From: Myxococcota bacterium
GTDB lineage: Bacteria; Myxococcota_A; UBA796; CAJQPC01
Length of the DNA: 23,400 bases
Direction: 5' to 3'
Assembly (NCBI GenBank): GCA_036012755.1
Contig: DASCPX010000011.1
Coordinates: forward strand, 1-23,400
Positions 1-8,420 of this stretch are shown here, piece by piece; positions within the stretch are counted from its first letter, which is position 1, and the number at the start of each line of letters is the position of its first letter. The position numbers were made by a program, and so were the translations under genes. The notes under the pieces are model-generated. The model saw only the letters and a list, made by a program, of their open reading frames with translations, was not told the DNA's origin and did no database searches.

Positions 1-232
1 CAGCGTCACGTGGACCGAGGCGCACGCGGAAGGCGTGCTTCACCTACGCGCCCACGCGAAGTCCGGGCGCTGGTCCGAGCTGGAGAACACCGTCCTCAGC
101 ACGACGGGATGGCGCCCGACCGCCCGGCAGCCAAGGCAGGAAGAGACACCGCTGTCCCAGCCAATGATGCTCAGTCCATCAGCAAACCAGAAGTACGAGG
201 CGACGTTCTTCGGTCGCCGCATCATCAAATGA
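1..232 (+). mobile_element. 3' end of a probable ISKra4-family (IS256-like DDE) transposase, truncated by the window edge
   Basis: Frame from base 2 reads SVTWTEAHAEGVLHLRAHAKSGRWSELEN, matching the W-x4-AE-x2-L-x-LRA-x3-SGRW C-terminal pattern I recall for ISKra4/UPF0236 transposases. Stop TGA at 230-232. No terminal inverted repeat identified. Confidence 0.55.
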
Positions 233-300
233 CCCACGAGCGCTGCCTGCTCTCGACAGGTGAGCATCGAGAAGGCCGGAAGTACGCCAGTGGGCGAGCC

Positions 301-528
301 TCACTTGCGGAGTGACCTCGCCCACTCCTCGAAGTCGAGCTCCTTGCCCACCTCTTCGGCGTTGTCGTCCCAGGCCGTGTAGACGTAGACCTTGCCGTCC
401 CGGTAGACCTCGCTGTGGTTCGTGCCCTGGTAGTGGCCAGAGCGCCCACTGCGATCGATCGTGAGCTTGCCGGAACGCCCGGCTGCGGCCTTCTTCTTCC
501 GTCTCTCGTTCTTCTTTCGGCGGGCCGC
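301..528 (-). pseudogene. 75-codon ORF with no valid start codon (GCG where GTG would be expected); small hypothetical protein with basic N-terminus
   Basis: Not in the ORF track. Reads (A)ARRKKNERRKKKAAAGRSGKLTIDRSGRSGHYQGTNHSEVYRDGKVYVYTAWDDNAEEVGKELDFEEWARSLRK*, mostly G/C-ending codons. In-frame TAG at 538-540 prevents an upstream start. Confidence 0.5.
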
Positions 529-534
529 GGGTTC

Positions 535-540
535 ACTCTA
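535..540 (-). promoter_or_regulatory. putative -10 box TAGAGT, leaderless spacing to codon 528-526
   Basis: TANNNT followed by 6 nt (GAACCC) and then GCG, in frame with the 301-528 ORF. Confidence 0.4.
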
Positions 541-566
541 CTGTGCGCCGCCCGGGACCCGGGGCG

Positions 567-1901
567 TCAACGCGGAGCGAGGGCGTAGAGATCATCCAGC
601 GCCGTGGAGCGGCCCAGCCACTGGTCGTGCGCAGCTTGCCACTGAAGGTCCCAGACGACCTCGCCATCAGGGGTGACCTCGCGCATGCGAGAGGCGCTGC
701 CGTAGTTGTGCAGCACGTTGCCGCCCGAAAGCCGCCACGCCTCGCCCATCTCCTCGCCGAGGATGCCCTCTCCTTCGCCGTAGCTCCAGACCTCGGTGAG
801 CGTCTCCGTCTCGGCATCCATCTCGTACTCGCGCACGACCAGCTCCACGCCGTCCTCGCTGAGCATGGACGAGAGCATGAGGGTGCCGGACTCGGTGATG
901 TGGGGGCCGTGCTGCCACCAGAAGGCCGAGTCCTCCGGGTCGAAGGCCCAGGAGCCATCGAGGTGGCCGAACCAGTGAGAGGCCTCGCCCGCGGCCCGGT
1001 CGATGACGACGACGGAGTCCGTGGAGTAGGACGAGTACAGGTAGGTGTCGCTGTCCTCCAGGAACGTCAGGGTGTTCGAGCCGCAGTACCTGTTGATGCC
1101 GAGCGCCTCGTGGAACCCCCTGCAGCCCCAGATCTCGACCTCGTCCCCGTCGGGACCCTGCTCCACGATGGACTCGTCACGTCCGTCCGCGGCTACCCAG
1201 GCCAGGGTGCCGTCGGGGTGCTGGGTGAAGGGGTGATGCAGACCGGCGGTCTCCCAGATCCTCTCGACGCTCCCGTCGATGCGCACCTGGTGCACCTGGG
1301 AGGCGGCGCCTCCGTCGAAGGCACCCCAGAAGGAGTTGTGATCGATCAGCAGGGCTGTTCCATCGCTGGAAACCTGTGGCTGCAGCGTGACCCTGTCGGA
1401 TGGCGAGATGACCGCCCAGACCACCCGCCCCTGCCGGTCGACGATCAGGCTCCAGTAGGGCTCGCCCTGGTCGTTCTGGCCATCGTTGATCGAGGTGAAG
1501 ACCCAGACGAGCTCCGGGTCCCAGCCGGCTTCGTCGGACTCCAGCACCTCTGGTGTCGGGCACCCGTCGGGGAGCGGGCCTGTGGTGATCGAGATCTCGT
1601 CGCCCTGGATCTCGCCGTCGAGGACCGCGCGCAGGACGACCTCTGTGTCGTAGGGGATGCCCAATAGCAGCTCGGAGTGCGCTCCGGCGCCCAGGCCCCG
1701 GGCTGGCGAGCCCTGCCACAGTCCCTCGTCGAAGGAGTACTGCACGAGGACCTCTGCCTGGCCGTCCTGTTCCCACTCGAGCACGACGATCGAACCGATG
1801 GTGTCGTGCACGTCGGCCTCGAGATCGGTGAGGACGACAGCGGTGGGCGGGGGCTCGCCCTCGCACGCGACCAGCAGAGCCCAGGACTGCAGCGCTCTCA
1901 T
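567..1901 (-). CDS. arylsulfate sulfotransferase (ASST)-like beta-propeller lipoprotein, 444 aa
   Basis: ATG at 1901 preceded by GGAGAG; lipobox-like LLVAC; motifs IVDRQGRVVW, LHHPF, WQHGP, GEAWRLSGGNVL, REVTPDGEVVW. The ORF-track start at 2159 overlaps the divergent gene and was rejected. Confidence 0.75.
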   Translation of the reverse strand: MRALQSWALLVACEGEPPPTAVVLTDLEADVHDTIGSIVVLEWEQDGQAEVLVQYSFDEGLWQGSPARGLGAGAHSELLLGIPYDTEVVLRAVLDGEIQGDEISITTGPLPDGCPTPEVLESDEAGWDPELVWVFTSINDGQNDQGEPYWSLIVDRQGRVVWAVISPSDRVTLQPQVSSDGTALLIDHNSFWGAFDGGAASQVHQVRIDGSVERIWETAGLHHPFTQHPDGTLAWVAADGRDESIVEQGPDGDEVEIWGCRGFHEALGINRYCGSNTLTFLEDSDTYLYSSYSTDSVVVIDRAAGEASHWFGHLDGSWAFDPEDSAFWWQHGPHITESGTLMLSSMLSEDGVELVVREYEMDAETETLTEVWSYGEGEGILGEEMGEAWRLSGGNVLHNYGSASRMREVTPDGEVVWDLQWQAAHDQWLGRSTALDDLYALAPR

Positions 1902-1968
1902 TGACTCTCCGGCGAGAACGACACGGTAGCCGCGACGGACCGGGGTTACGCAAGAGCCGGGAGGCTCC

Positions 1969-4011
1969 ATGAACATCTCCTCCACCCTCGAGAGCGTGCA
2001 GGTGTACCGGCAGGGAGCGCTGATCACCCGGCGCGCCGAGCTCGCCGAGCCCACCGAACAAGTGGTGCTGGAGGGCCTGCCCCTGTCGCTGCTGGACTCC
2101 ACGCTGCGGGTGGAGCTCACGGGAGAGAGCCCCCCACAAGCCGTCGACCTGCAGCTCACCCTGCAGGTGCCTGCCGAGCAGGACCCCGACCGGCCCCCGG
2201 CCCACGACCAGGCGCTGCAGGCGGCCCGGCTCGACGTGCACCTCGCCGAGGCGACCCTCGAGCGCCTTCACTCCCAGCAGGCGCGGGTCTCCGCCATCGA
2301 GCTCACCGAGCGGCCCGAGCCGGAGGACGCGCCTGTTCCACCCCCGCCCGTCGAGGCCAGGGTCGCGCTCCTGCACTTCCGGTCCGAGCAGCTCCGCGCC
2401 CTGGAGCCCCAGCTGGCCCAGGCTCGCGACGCCCTGCGCCACGCCCGGGAGCACCAGGAGGAGCTCGAGGAGGCCAGGAGGCAGCGGACAGAGGCCAGGA
2501 AGGCGAGACAGGACGAGCTGCGCAAGGCAGCCGTGGTCCAGCTACGAGGCGGCGAGGGGGCCTGCACCCTCCGGCTCAGCTACCGCGTGCCCGGCGCTCG
2601 CTGGGCTCCGGCCTACAGCCTGCGCTTGAACGCCGAGATGAGCTCTGCTGAGCTCGAGGTCAGGGCCCTGATCGCCCAGAGGACCGGAGAAGACTGGGAC
2701 CAGGCCCGCGTCACCCTGTCCACAGCCCTGGCTCAGTCCTGGGCCGAGCTCCCCGAGCTCCCCTCGCTGCGCATCGGACGAGCCCAGGCCCCTCCCTCCC
2801 GCTCGGGATGGCGAGAAGCGCCCGAGGGAGCACAGACCCTGCTGGCGGACTACCGCCGCGCCTACCCGGTCCCGGCGGCGGAGCCCGAAGCCGAGGCCGC
2901 AGACAGCCCGGCTCCGCTGGACGATGCCTTCTTCGGCATGGAACAAGCCGCCGAAGAGGTCAGCTCGCCCTCGGAGCCGCCTCCAGCTCCCTCCCCGGCT
3001 CCCGTGCAGCGCTCCCGCTCCAGCCGCAGGCCCCACAAGGCCAAGAAGAAGAGCATGCCAGCCTTCAGTCGCGGGGGGCCCTCCGGTGGTGCACCGGCGC
3101 CGCAAGCCGCAGCGGCGATGCCCGGACGTGCCGAGGCGCCGCCCCCTCCACGACCCCTGATGGCCGACGCCGATCAGCTCGACTACGCCCGCCTGCGCCT
3201 GAGCCAGGGCTCCGTCCGCCTCGTCCAGAAGACCCGCGTCGAGATCATGGTGGAGCTCAGCGCGGTCACCGCCGTGAACCTCGCACCCCTCACCCGAGCA
3301 AGTTCACTGGCACGCTCGGCCGGGGACCAGCTGCCCGCAGGCCACACCCTCGCGCGCTCCGACGACGGCTTCGACCACGCCTGGGTCGCCAGCCACCCGC
3401 TGAGCGTGCCCTCGGACGGCGCCTGGCACAGCCTCCCCTTGAGGACCGAGAGCGCCCGCGTCTCGCCCCGGTTCGTCTGTGTTCCGCGGATCTCGGAGCA
3501 GGTCTTCCGCACCGTCGAGTGGATCAACCCCCTGAAGGCCCCCCTGCTGCGTGGCCCCTGCGATGTGCTCGTCGACGGGGGCTGGCTGCTCACCACAGAG
3601 CTGGCCTCCACCCCGCCCGAGGGCATGGTGGAGCTGGGACTGGGTGTGGAGCAGTCCATCAAGGTGTCCCGAAACGCCCGCTACCGAGAGGAGTCCAGCG
3701 GGCTCCTCAACCGCACGCAGGATCTGCATCACGAGGTCGACATCGAGCTCCGCAACCTGCGCGGGACCCCGGCCTCAATCGAGATCCGGGAGCGCCTGCC
3801 GGCGGCTGGGGAAAACGACGACGACGTCTCCGTGGACCTCCTCCACGTCGAGCCCCAGTGGGAGAGCTGGGAACAGGACCCGCCGATCGAGGGCAGCCAT
3901 CGCTGGCGCGTCGAGCTCGCCAGCGGCCAGGCCCGAACCCTCGCCCTTCACTACGTGGTGCACCTGCCCTCCGAGCACGAGCTCAGCGGCGGCAACCGGA
4001 GGGAGCCATGA
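1969..4011 (+). CDS. DUF4140/DUF4139 domain protein (mucoidy-inhibitor MuiA-like family), 680 aa
   Basis: GGAGG RBS; N-terminal VQVYRQGALITR; coiled coil; LSYRVPGARWAPAYSLRL, AQRTGEDW, VPSDG, LGLGVEQSIKVSR, IEIRERLP. Confidence 0.88.
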   Translation: MNISSTLESVQVYRQGALITRRAELAEPTEQVVLEGLPLSLLDSTLRVELTGESPPQAVDLQLTLQVPAEQDPDRPPAHDQALQAARLDVHLAEATLERLHSQQARVSAIELTERPEPEDAPVPPPPVEARVALLHFRSEQLRALEPQLAQARDALRHAREHQEELEEARRQRTEARKARQDELRKAAVVQLRGGEGACTLRLSYRVPGARWAPAYSLRLNAEMSSAELEVRALIAQRTGEDWDQARVTLSTALAQSWAELPELPSLRIGRAQAPPSRSGWREAPEGAQTLLADYRRAYPVPAAEPEAEAADSPAPLDDAFFGMEQAAEEVSSPSEPPPAPSPAPVQRSRSSRRPHKAKKKSMPAFSRGGPSGGAPAPQAAAAMPGRAEAPPPPRPLMADADQLDYARLRLSQGSVRLVQKTRVEIMVELSAVTAVNLAPLTRASSLARSAGDQLPAGHTLARSDDGFDHAWVASHPLSVPSDGAWHSLPLRTESARVSPRFVCVPRISEQVFRTVEWINPLKAPLLRGPCDVLVDGGWLLTTELASTPPEGMVELGLGVEQSIKVSRNARYREESSGLLNRTQDLHHEVDIELRNLRGTPASIEIRERLPAAGENDDDVSVDLLHVEPQWESWEQDPPIEGSHRWRVELASGQARTLALHYVVHLPSEHELSGGNRREP

Positions 4012-5489
4012 GCGTCCCCATCATCGAGGTCACCGTGCTCGAGGACCGAGCCCAGGTCCTGCGACGCGGCACCGTGGAGTTGCCAGCTGGGAGCAGCGTG
4101 ATCGAGGTCGAGCTGGCGCCCGTCTTCGCGAACAAGAGCCTGAGCGTGCGGGTCGACGGAGCCGCCCTGGCGGGCACGCGCATCCATCGAGAGATCCTGA
4201 CCCGAGCGGGGGACCAGGACACGGCCGTGCTCGAGGAGAGGGTGGCGCTGTCCGCCGCCGAGCTCGACGCCGATCGACGGCGGATCGGGGAGCTCCAAGC
4301 CGAATCCGAGCTGTGGGGCCGGGCCGCGGATCTCCACGCAGAGGAGCTCAGCGAGGACACGGCCCGTGGCCTGAGCGCAGGGCAGTCCTGGTCCGAGGGC
4401 TTCGCCCGCCTCGACGAAGAGGAGGCCCGCGTCGTCGAGGCCCGCCTCCGGCTGCAGCAGGAGCTCACGCTCCGACGACGAGCTCATGGTGATCTCCAGC
4501 GGGCGCTCCAGGTCGCCATGAGTCCCGGCAGCCGCAACCGCGCGGTCTTGCAGATCGAGCTCCACTCGGAGGGAGGGCCGGCGGTCCTCGAGATCGAGTA
4601 CCTCGTGCCCTGCGCCTGCTGGCGTCCCTGGCACCAGGCGACCCTGCAGGGTGGACAGCTGCGCTGGCAGAGCGACGCCTGCATCTGGCAGAACACCGGC
4701 GAAGACTGGGACGACGCCAGGATCCACGTGTCCACCGAGCGTCCCTCGCTGGGGGTGGAGCCTCCGAAGCTCGGCACCGACCGCGTCGTCGCCGTCAAGG
4801 TGGGCTCCAGGGTCGACGTAGAGACCCGCGAGCAGCAGATCCAGACCACCGGCCTGGGCGGCGGCAGGACCGCGAGCCAGCTGCCCGGGGTGGACGACGG
4901 CGGAGAGACCCTGCGACTCGGTGGCGAGCGCGCGTCGATCCCATCGGACGGAAGGCCACACCGCGTCCCGCTCTTCGACTTCGAGAGCGCCGCCACGCTC
5001 CAGCTGTTGCTGAAGGCCGAGCGCAGCCCCGCGGTCATCCTGCGCAGCCAGGCCAGGCACTCGGGAGTCCACCCCATCCTGGCCGGCCCTGTCGACCTGC
5101 TTCGAGACAGCGGCTTCGTGGGCCGCAGCAACACGCTGTTTGTCGCTCCGGGCGAGGACTACGAGCTGGGCTGGGGTCCCGAGCCCTCCTTGCGCGTCCA
5201 TCGCAAGGAGGAGACCGAGGAGATCGAGGCCAGGATGCTGTCGAGCTGGTCCACCACCGAGCACCGCCTGGAGCTCAAGCTCAGCAACATCGGCGCCCGG
5301 AAGCAGGACGTCCACGTGGTGGAGCGGATCCCGGTGAGCGAGGTGGAGAAGGTGAAGATCGAGCTCCAGGGCGACACGGCGGACAAGGACGGCTTCGTCA
5401 GCTGGGACCTGGAGCTCCCTGCCTACAGCACCGCAGCCGTGGATCTCTGCTGGCGCCTTCAGAAGCACCGGGACGTCGAGGGGATCTGA
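4008..5489 (+). CDS. second DUF4140/DUF4139 domain protein (MuiA-like), 493 aa
   Basis: ATGA overlap with the upstream stop, GGAG RBS; VTVLEDRAQVLRRG, EYLVPCACWRP, WQNTGEDW, IPSDGRPHRV, ERIPVSE. Confidence 0.88.
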   Translation: MSVPIIEVTVLEDRAQVLRRGTVELPAGSSVIEVELAPVFANKSLSVRVDGAALAGTRIHREILTRAGDQDTAVLEERVALSAAELDADRRRIGELQAESELWGRAADLHAEELSEDTARGLSAGQSWSEGFARLDEEEARVVEARLRLQQELTLRRRAHGDLQRALQVAMSPGSRNRAVLQIELHSEGGPAVLEIEYLVPCACWRPWHQATLQGGQLRWQSDACIWQNTGEDWDDARIHVSTERPSLGVEPPKLGTDRVVAVKVGSRVDVETREQQIQTTGLGGGRTASQLPGVDDGGETLRLGGERASIPSDGRPHRVPLFDFESAATLQLLLKAERSPAVILRSQARHSGVHPILAGPVDLLRDSGFVGRSNTLFVAPGEDYELGWGPEPSLRVHRKEETEEIEARMLSSWSTTEHRLELKLSNIGARKQDVHVVERIPVSEVEKVKIELQGDTADKDGFVSWDLELPAYSTAAVDLCWRLQKHRDVEGI

Positions 5490-5492
5490 CCT

Positions 5493-6281
5493 TCAGAGCT
5501 CCAGGGGGGAGTCCCCCGCTCCGATGACGACGAGGTTCGGCAGCCCCTCGCGCTCGAGCTCTGCGAGGTCCCCGTCGACGTGCTCGGCGAAGGCGACGAT
5601 CAGCGCCGTGGGGTTGCTCTCCGCCACAGAGAGCAGCGAGTCGATGTCTGTCTTTTCACGAAGGAGCAGCGTCCGTCCCTCCGCCGTGAGGGCCTCCAGA
5701 TCCGCCGAGGTGTAGAGGCCGCCGACGACCGGCTTGCCGCGCCGCGTCGCCTGGACCGGAGCCCCCCTGCGAGCGCCGAGGAAGGTGCGCCCGAGCCACA
5801 CGCCGACCGCCAGGCCCAGGATCATCGCGACGGCGACCACCAGGAGCACCAGCTCGGGGGGCTGCGGCGGGCCGGGGTAATCGGGCGGTTGCACCGTCTC
5901 CGAGGGTGCCTCCGGGGGCTCGTGCTCCTCGAAGTCGGCGGGCTCGAAGGTGAGGTTCGGGCCGCGCTCCGTCATCAGGATGCGGACCCGCTCCCCCGCG
6001 TTGAGCGGCACCTCGTCGCGGAAGCCCTCCTCTTCGCCGACCAGCACAAGGACCTCTCCAGCACCCGGAGCAGGGACCTCGCCGGACCACACGCCGTCGC
6101 CTGCGACGAGGTCAGCGCCGGCGCCGTCGTCCGACAGGGGGACCTCCGTGCCAGCGATCAGGACCTGGGGGACGACGTCCACGACCTTGACCAGGACGCC
6201 GAACATCCCGTCGCCGACCGGCTTGCCGGGGAGCTCGGAGAGAGGCTCCCCTGCGAGGGAGAGAGAAAGAGCCAAAAGCAT
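5493..6281 (-). CDS. single-pass membrane protein with extracytoplasmic choice-of-anchor-X-like motif, 262 aa
   Basis: Short signal MLLALSLSLA; motif LSDDGAGADLVAGDGVWSG; Pro-rich linker; TM LVLLVVAVAMILGLAVGVWL followed by Arg residues; C-terminal domain of about 90 aa. Confidence 0.7.
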   Translation of the reverse strand: MLLALSLSLAGEPLSELPGKPVGDGMFGVLVKVVDVVPQVLIAGTEVPLSDDGAGADLVAGDGVWSGEVPAPGAGEVLVLVGEEEGFRDEVPLNAGERVRILMTERGPNLTFEPADFEEHEPPEAPSETVQPPDYPGPPQPPELVLLVVAVAMILGLAVGVWLGRTFLGARRGAPVQATRRGKPVVGGLYTSADLEALTAEGRTLLLREKTDIDSLLSVAESNPTALIVAFAEHVDGDLAELEREGLPNLVVIGAGDSPLEL

Positions 6282-6288
6282 GGGCCCC

Positions 6289-6294
6289 TATAAT
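6289..6294 (+). promoter_or_regulatory. consensus -10 box TATAAT, 6 nt before GTG 6301 (leaderless promoter)
   Basis: TATAAT-ccggcc-GTG with no Shine-Dalgarno, inside a 19-bp divergent gap. Confidence 0.65.
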
Positions 6295-6300
6295 CCGGCC

Positions 6301-6777
6301 GTGCTCGCGCTCTTGTCGCTGACCACTTCCGCCAGTGCAGAGCGGCCCGTCTACGTCCACGTCGAGGTCGTCGGAGCAGAGGTCGACGAGGTCGTCGTGG
6401 AGATCTCCGCCCAGGAGGAGACGCGGACCCTGACGCTGGAGGACTCTGGCCGCCTGCCGCACGACGTGAAGGGGGACGGCACCTGGGCCGGCTACGCCGA
6501 GCTGCCCTACGCGCGCTGGACCCGGGTGAGCCTCGACGTGGACGGTGAGCGTCTCTGGTCGGACTTCGCGCGGAGCGACCAGGCCGGGGAGCTGCGCTAC
6601 GGCTGGTCGGTGGAACAGCTCGGAGGCGGCGAGCTGAGGGCGACCCGATCGGTCGGGACCTGGCCCGGCGCAGGCGACCAGGCGAGCCTGAGCCGCGCGC
6701 TGGCCGTGTCCTTCGGCTGGGGGCTCTTCGCCCTGGGCTACGTGGGCCTGCTCGTGTTCCTCCAGCGGCGCTCGTGA
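6301..6777 (+). CDS. exported, C-terminally anchored protein with choice-of-anchor-X-like motif, 158 aa
   Basis: GTG start preferred (ATG 6280 is an alternative); signal MLALLSLTTSASA; motif LEDSGRLPHDVKGDGTWAG; C-terminal TM then QRRS; GTGA overlap with the next gene. Confidence 0.7.
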   Translation: MLALLSLTTSASAERPVYVHVEVVGAEVDEVVVEISAQEETRTLTLEDSGRLPHDVKGDGTWAGYAELPYARWTRVSLDVDGERLWSDFARSDQAGELRYGWSVEQLGGGELRATRSVGTWPGAGDQASLSRALAVSFGWGLFALGYVGLLVFLQRRS

Positions 6778-8420
6778 AGCAGCACGCCCTCACCCTCGGG
6801 GCCTTCCTCCTCTTGTCCATCGCGTGGACGTGGCCGCTGGCGCTCGAGCCCACGACGACCGCGGTCAGCGGCTTCGACACCTGGGGGGTGGTGTGGACGG
6901 TCCACGCAGCCCAGAACCTCGACGCGACGCTGGTGACCGATGTCTCGGGCTGGCCGGTGGGGCAGGACCTGCGCCGCAGCGACAGCATGCTGCTGTTGTT
7001 GGCGGCCCGAGCGCTGCCCTTCCGCGTCGACCCCCTGCTCGTGGTCTCGCTGATCTGCGTGCTCGGGCCCGTCGTGAGCGCCTTCGCCGCAGAGCGTTGC
7101 GCCGCCGCCCTCGGCGCGAAGTGGCCCTGGTCGCTCATCGCCGGGGTCTCCTTCGGATTCCTGGGGATCTCCTCCGCGACCATCGCCGGCGGGCAGGTCT
7201 ATGCGCTCTTCAACCCCTGGCTCCCCCTGTTGGGCTGGGCCTGGGTCACCTCGACCTCTGCCAGCGGCACCTGGAGACACGGCGTCTGGGCAGGTCTCGC
7301 CTGGTTCCTCTGCCTGCTGACCACCGTCTACGTGGGCATCGCCGCCACCTTGCTCGTGCTGGCCGGACTGCCGCGCCTGTGGCGCTCTCGAGACCTCAAA
7401 CCGGCCCTGGCCGCCGCGGCCGTCGCGCTGCCGATGGGGCTGGCCTATGTGGCCCTGTTCGCTTCGAGCTCGATGCGCGCGGACCCGCCGATGATCGCGG
7501 ACCCGGTGCTGGTGCTCGAGATGGGCAGCACCACCCTCGCCGGCCTGGCGGGCGGATCCCGGAGCGCCGCGGCGCTCTTCCACGACGTCGTGCCGCTGGG
7601 CTGGACGGTGGTGGCGCTGGTGGCGCTGGCCCCGTGGGTCCTGAGGGGCCGGGAGACCCGCTGGTGGCTCGTGCTCGGGGTGCTCGCGCTGCTGTTGTCC
7701 ATCGGCCCGAGCCTGAGGCCGGAGAGCACGATGCGCGGCCTCTTCCCCTGGGTCCTGCGACCCTTCGCGACCGAGACCGTCGCCGCTTGGTTCCGCTTCC
7801 CGGTGCGGCTCTTGTGGGTGACCGGCCTGGCCTTCGGCGTCGTCGCCGCGCGCATGCTCACCCGGCTCGGCGAGCGCCCTCGGCTGGCAGCCCCGATCCT
7901 CCTGTTGGCCTTCGTCGAGGCGGTGCTCCTCTCAGGTCGACCCTGGAGCCCAGAGGTCCCGACGGTCCTGCCGAGCGCCTACGCCGCCACCCCAGAGGAC
8001 CGCGCCGTCCTCGACCTCTTCCCCCCCTCCGCCGGCCGCCCCCTCGACTACGAGCTGTACCACGTCGGTCAGACCTGCGCGTGGGCGGCGCTGCACGGTC
8101 GCCCGGTCTCCCAGTTCTGCCTCGAGACCAACATCGGGCAAGACCCGCGGGGGGAGCTCAGCGACTGGCTGCACGAACGGCTCCTGGCTGGGGGCGAGCT
8201 CGGCGACAGGCTCTCTGAGCTCGGCTTCGGGGCCATCGTCTTGAGACCGGACCACTACCTCCCGAACGACCGCGCGCTGCTCCTCGAGGGGCTGGAGAAG
8301 ACCTTCGGCGAGCCGGTCGCCGAGTCCTTCGACGGCGGAGAGCACCTCCTCGTCTTCGAGGTGCCGCCGAGTGATGCGGATCCGGTCTCGACCTGGAGGG
8401 CCCTTCACTCCTCCGGCTGA
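6774..8420 (+). CDS. multi-pass membrane protein, probable GT-C-fold glycosyltransferase (YfhO-like), 548 aa
   Basis: TM1 ending WTWP, Asp in first outer loop (SGFDTW), WPVG loop, roughly ten or more hydrophobic segments, RFPVR motif, soluble C-terminal domain (AVLDLFP...HGRPV...LGFGAIVL). Confidence 0.65.
   Translation: MKQHALTLGAFLLLSIAWTWPLALEPTTTAVSGFDTWGVVWTVHAAQNLDATLVTDVSGWPVGQDLRRSDSMLLLLAARALPFRVDPLLVVSLICVLGPVVSAFAAERCAAALGAKWPWSLIAGVSFGFLGISSATIAGGQVYALFNPWLPLLGWAWVTSTSASGTWRHGVWAGLAWFLCLLTTVYVGIAATLLVLAGLPRLWRSRDLKPALAAAAVALPMGLAYVALFASSSMRADPPMIADPVLVLEMGSTTLAGLAGGSRSAAALFHDVVPLGWTVVALVALAPWVLRGRETRWWLVLGVLALLLSIGPSLRPESTMRGLFPWVLRPFATETVAAWFRFPVRLLWVTGLAFGVVAARMLTRLGERPRLAAPILLLAFVEAVLLSGRPWSPEVPTVLPSAYAATPEDRAVLDLFPPSAGRPLDYELYHVGQTCAWAALHGRPVSQFCLETNIGQDPRGELSDWLHERLLAGGELGDRLSELGFGAIVLRPDHYLPNDRALLLEGLEKTFGEPVAESFDGGEHLLVFEVPPSDADPVSTWRALHSSG

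Noticed and set aside
538..570. TTG at 570 overlapping the ASST-like stop, in frame with the 301-528 ORF across TAG 538-540 (amber readthrough or pyrrolysine idea)
   Set aside because: No pyl genes or other support in the window; TAG is used as a normal stop at 23170-23172; the TAG is better explained as part of a -10 box.
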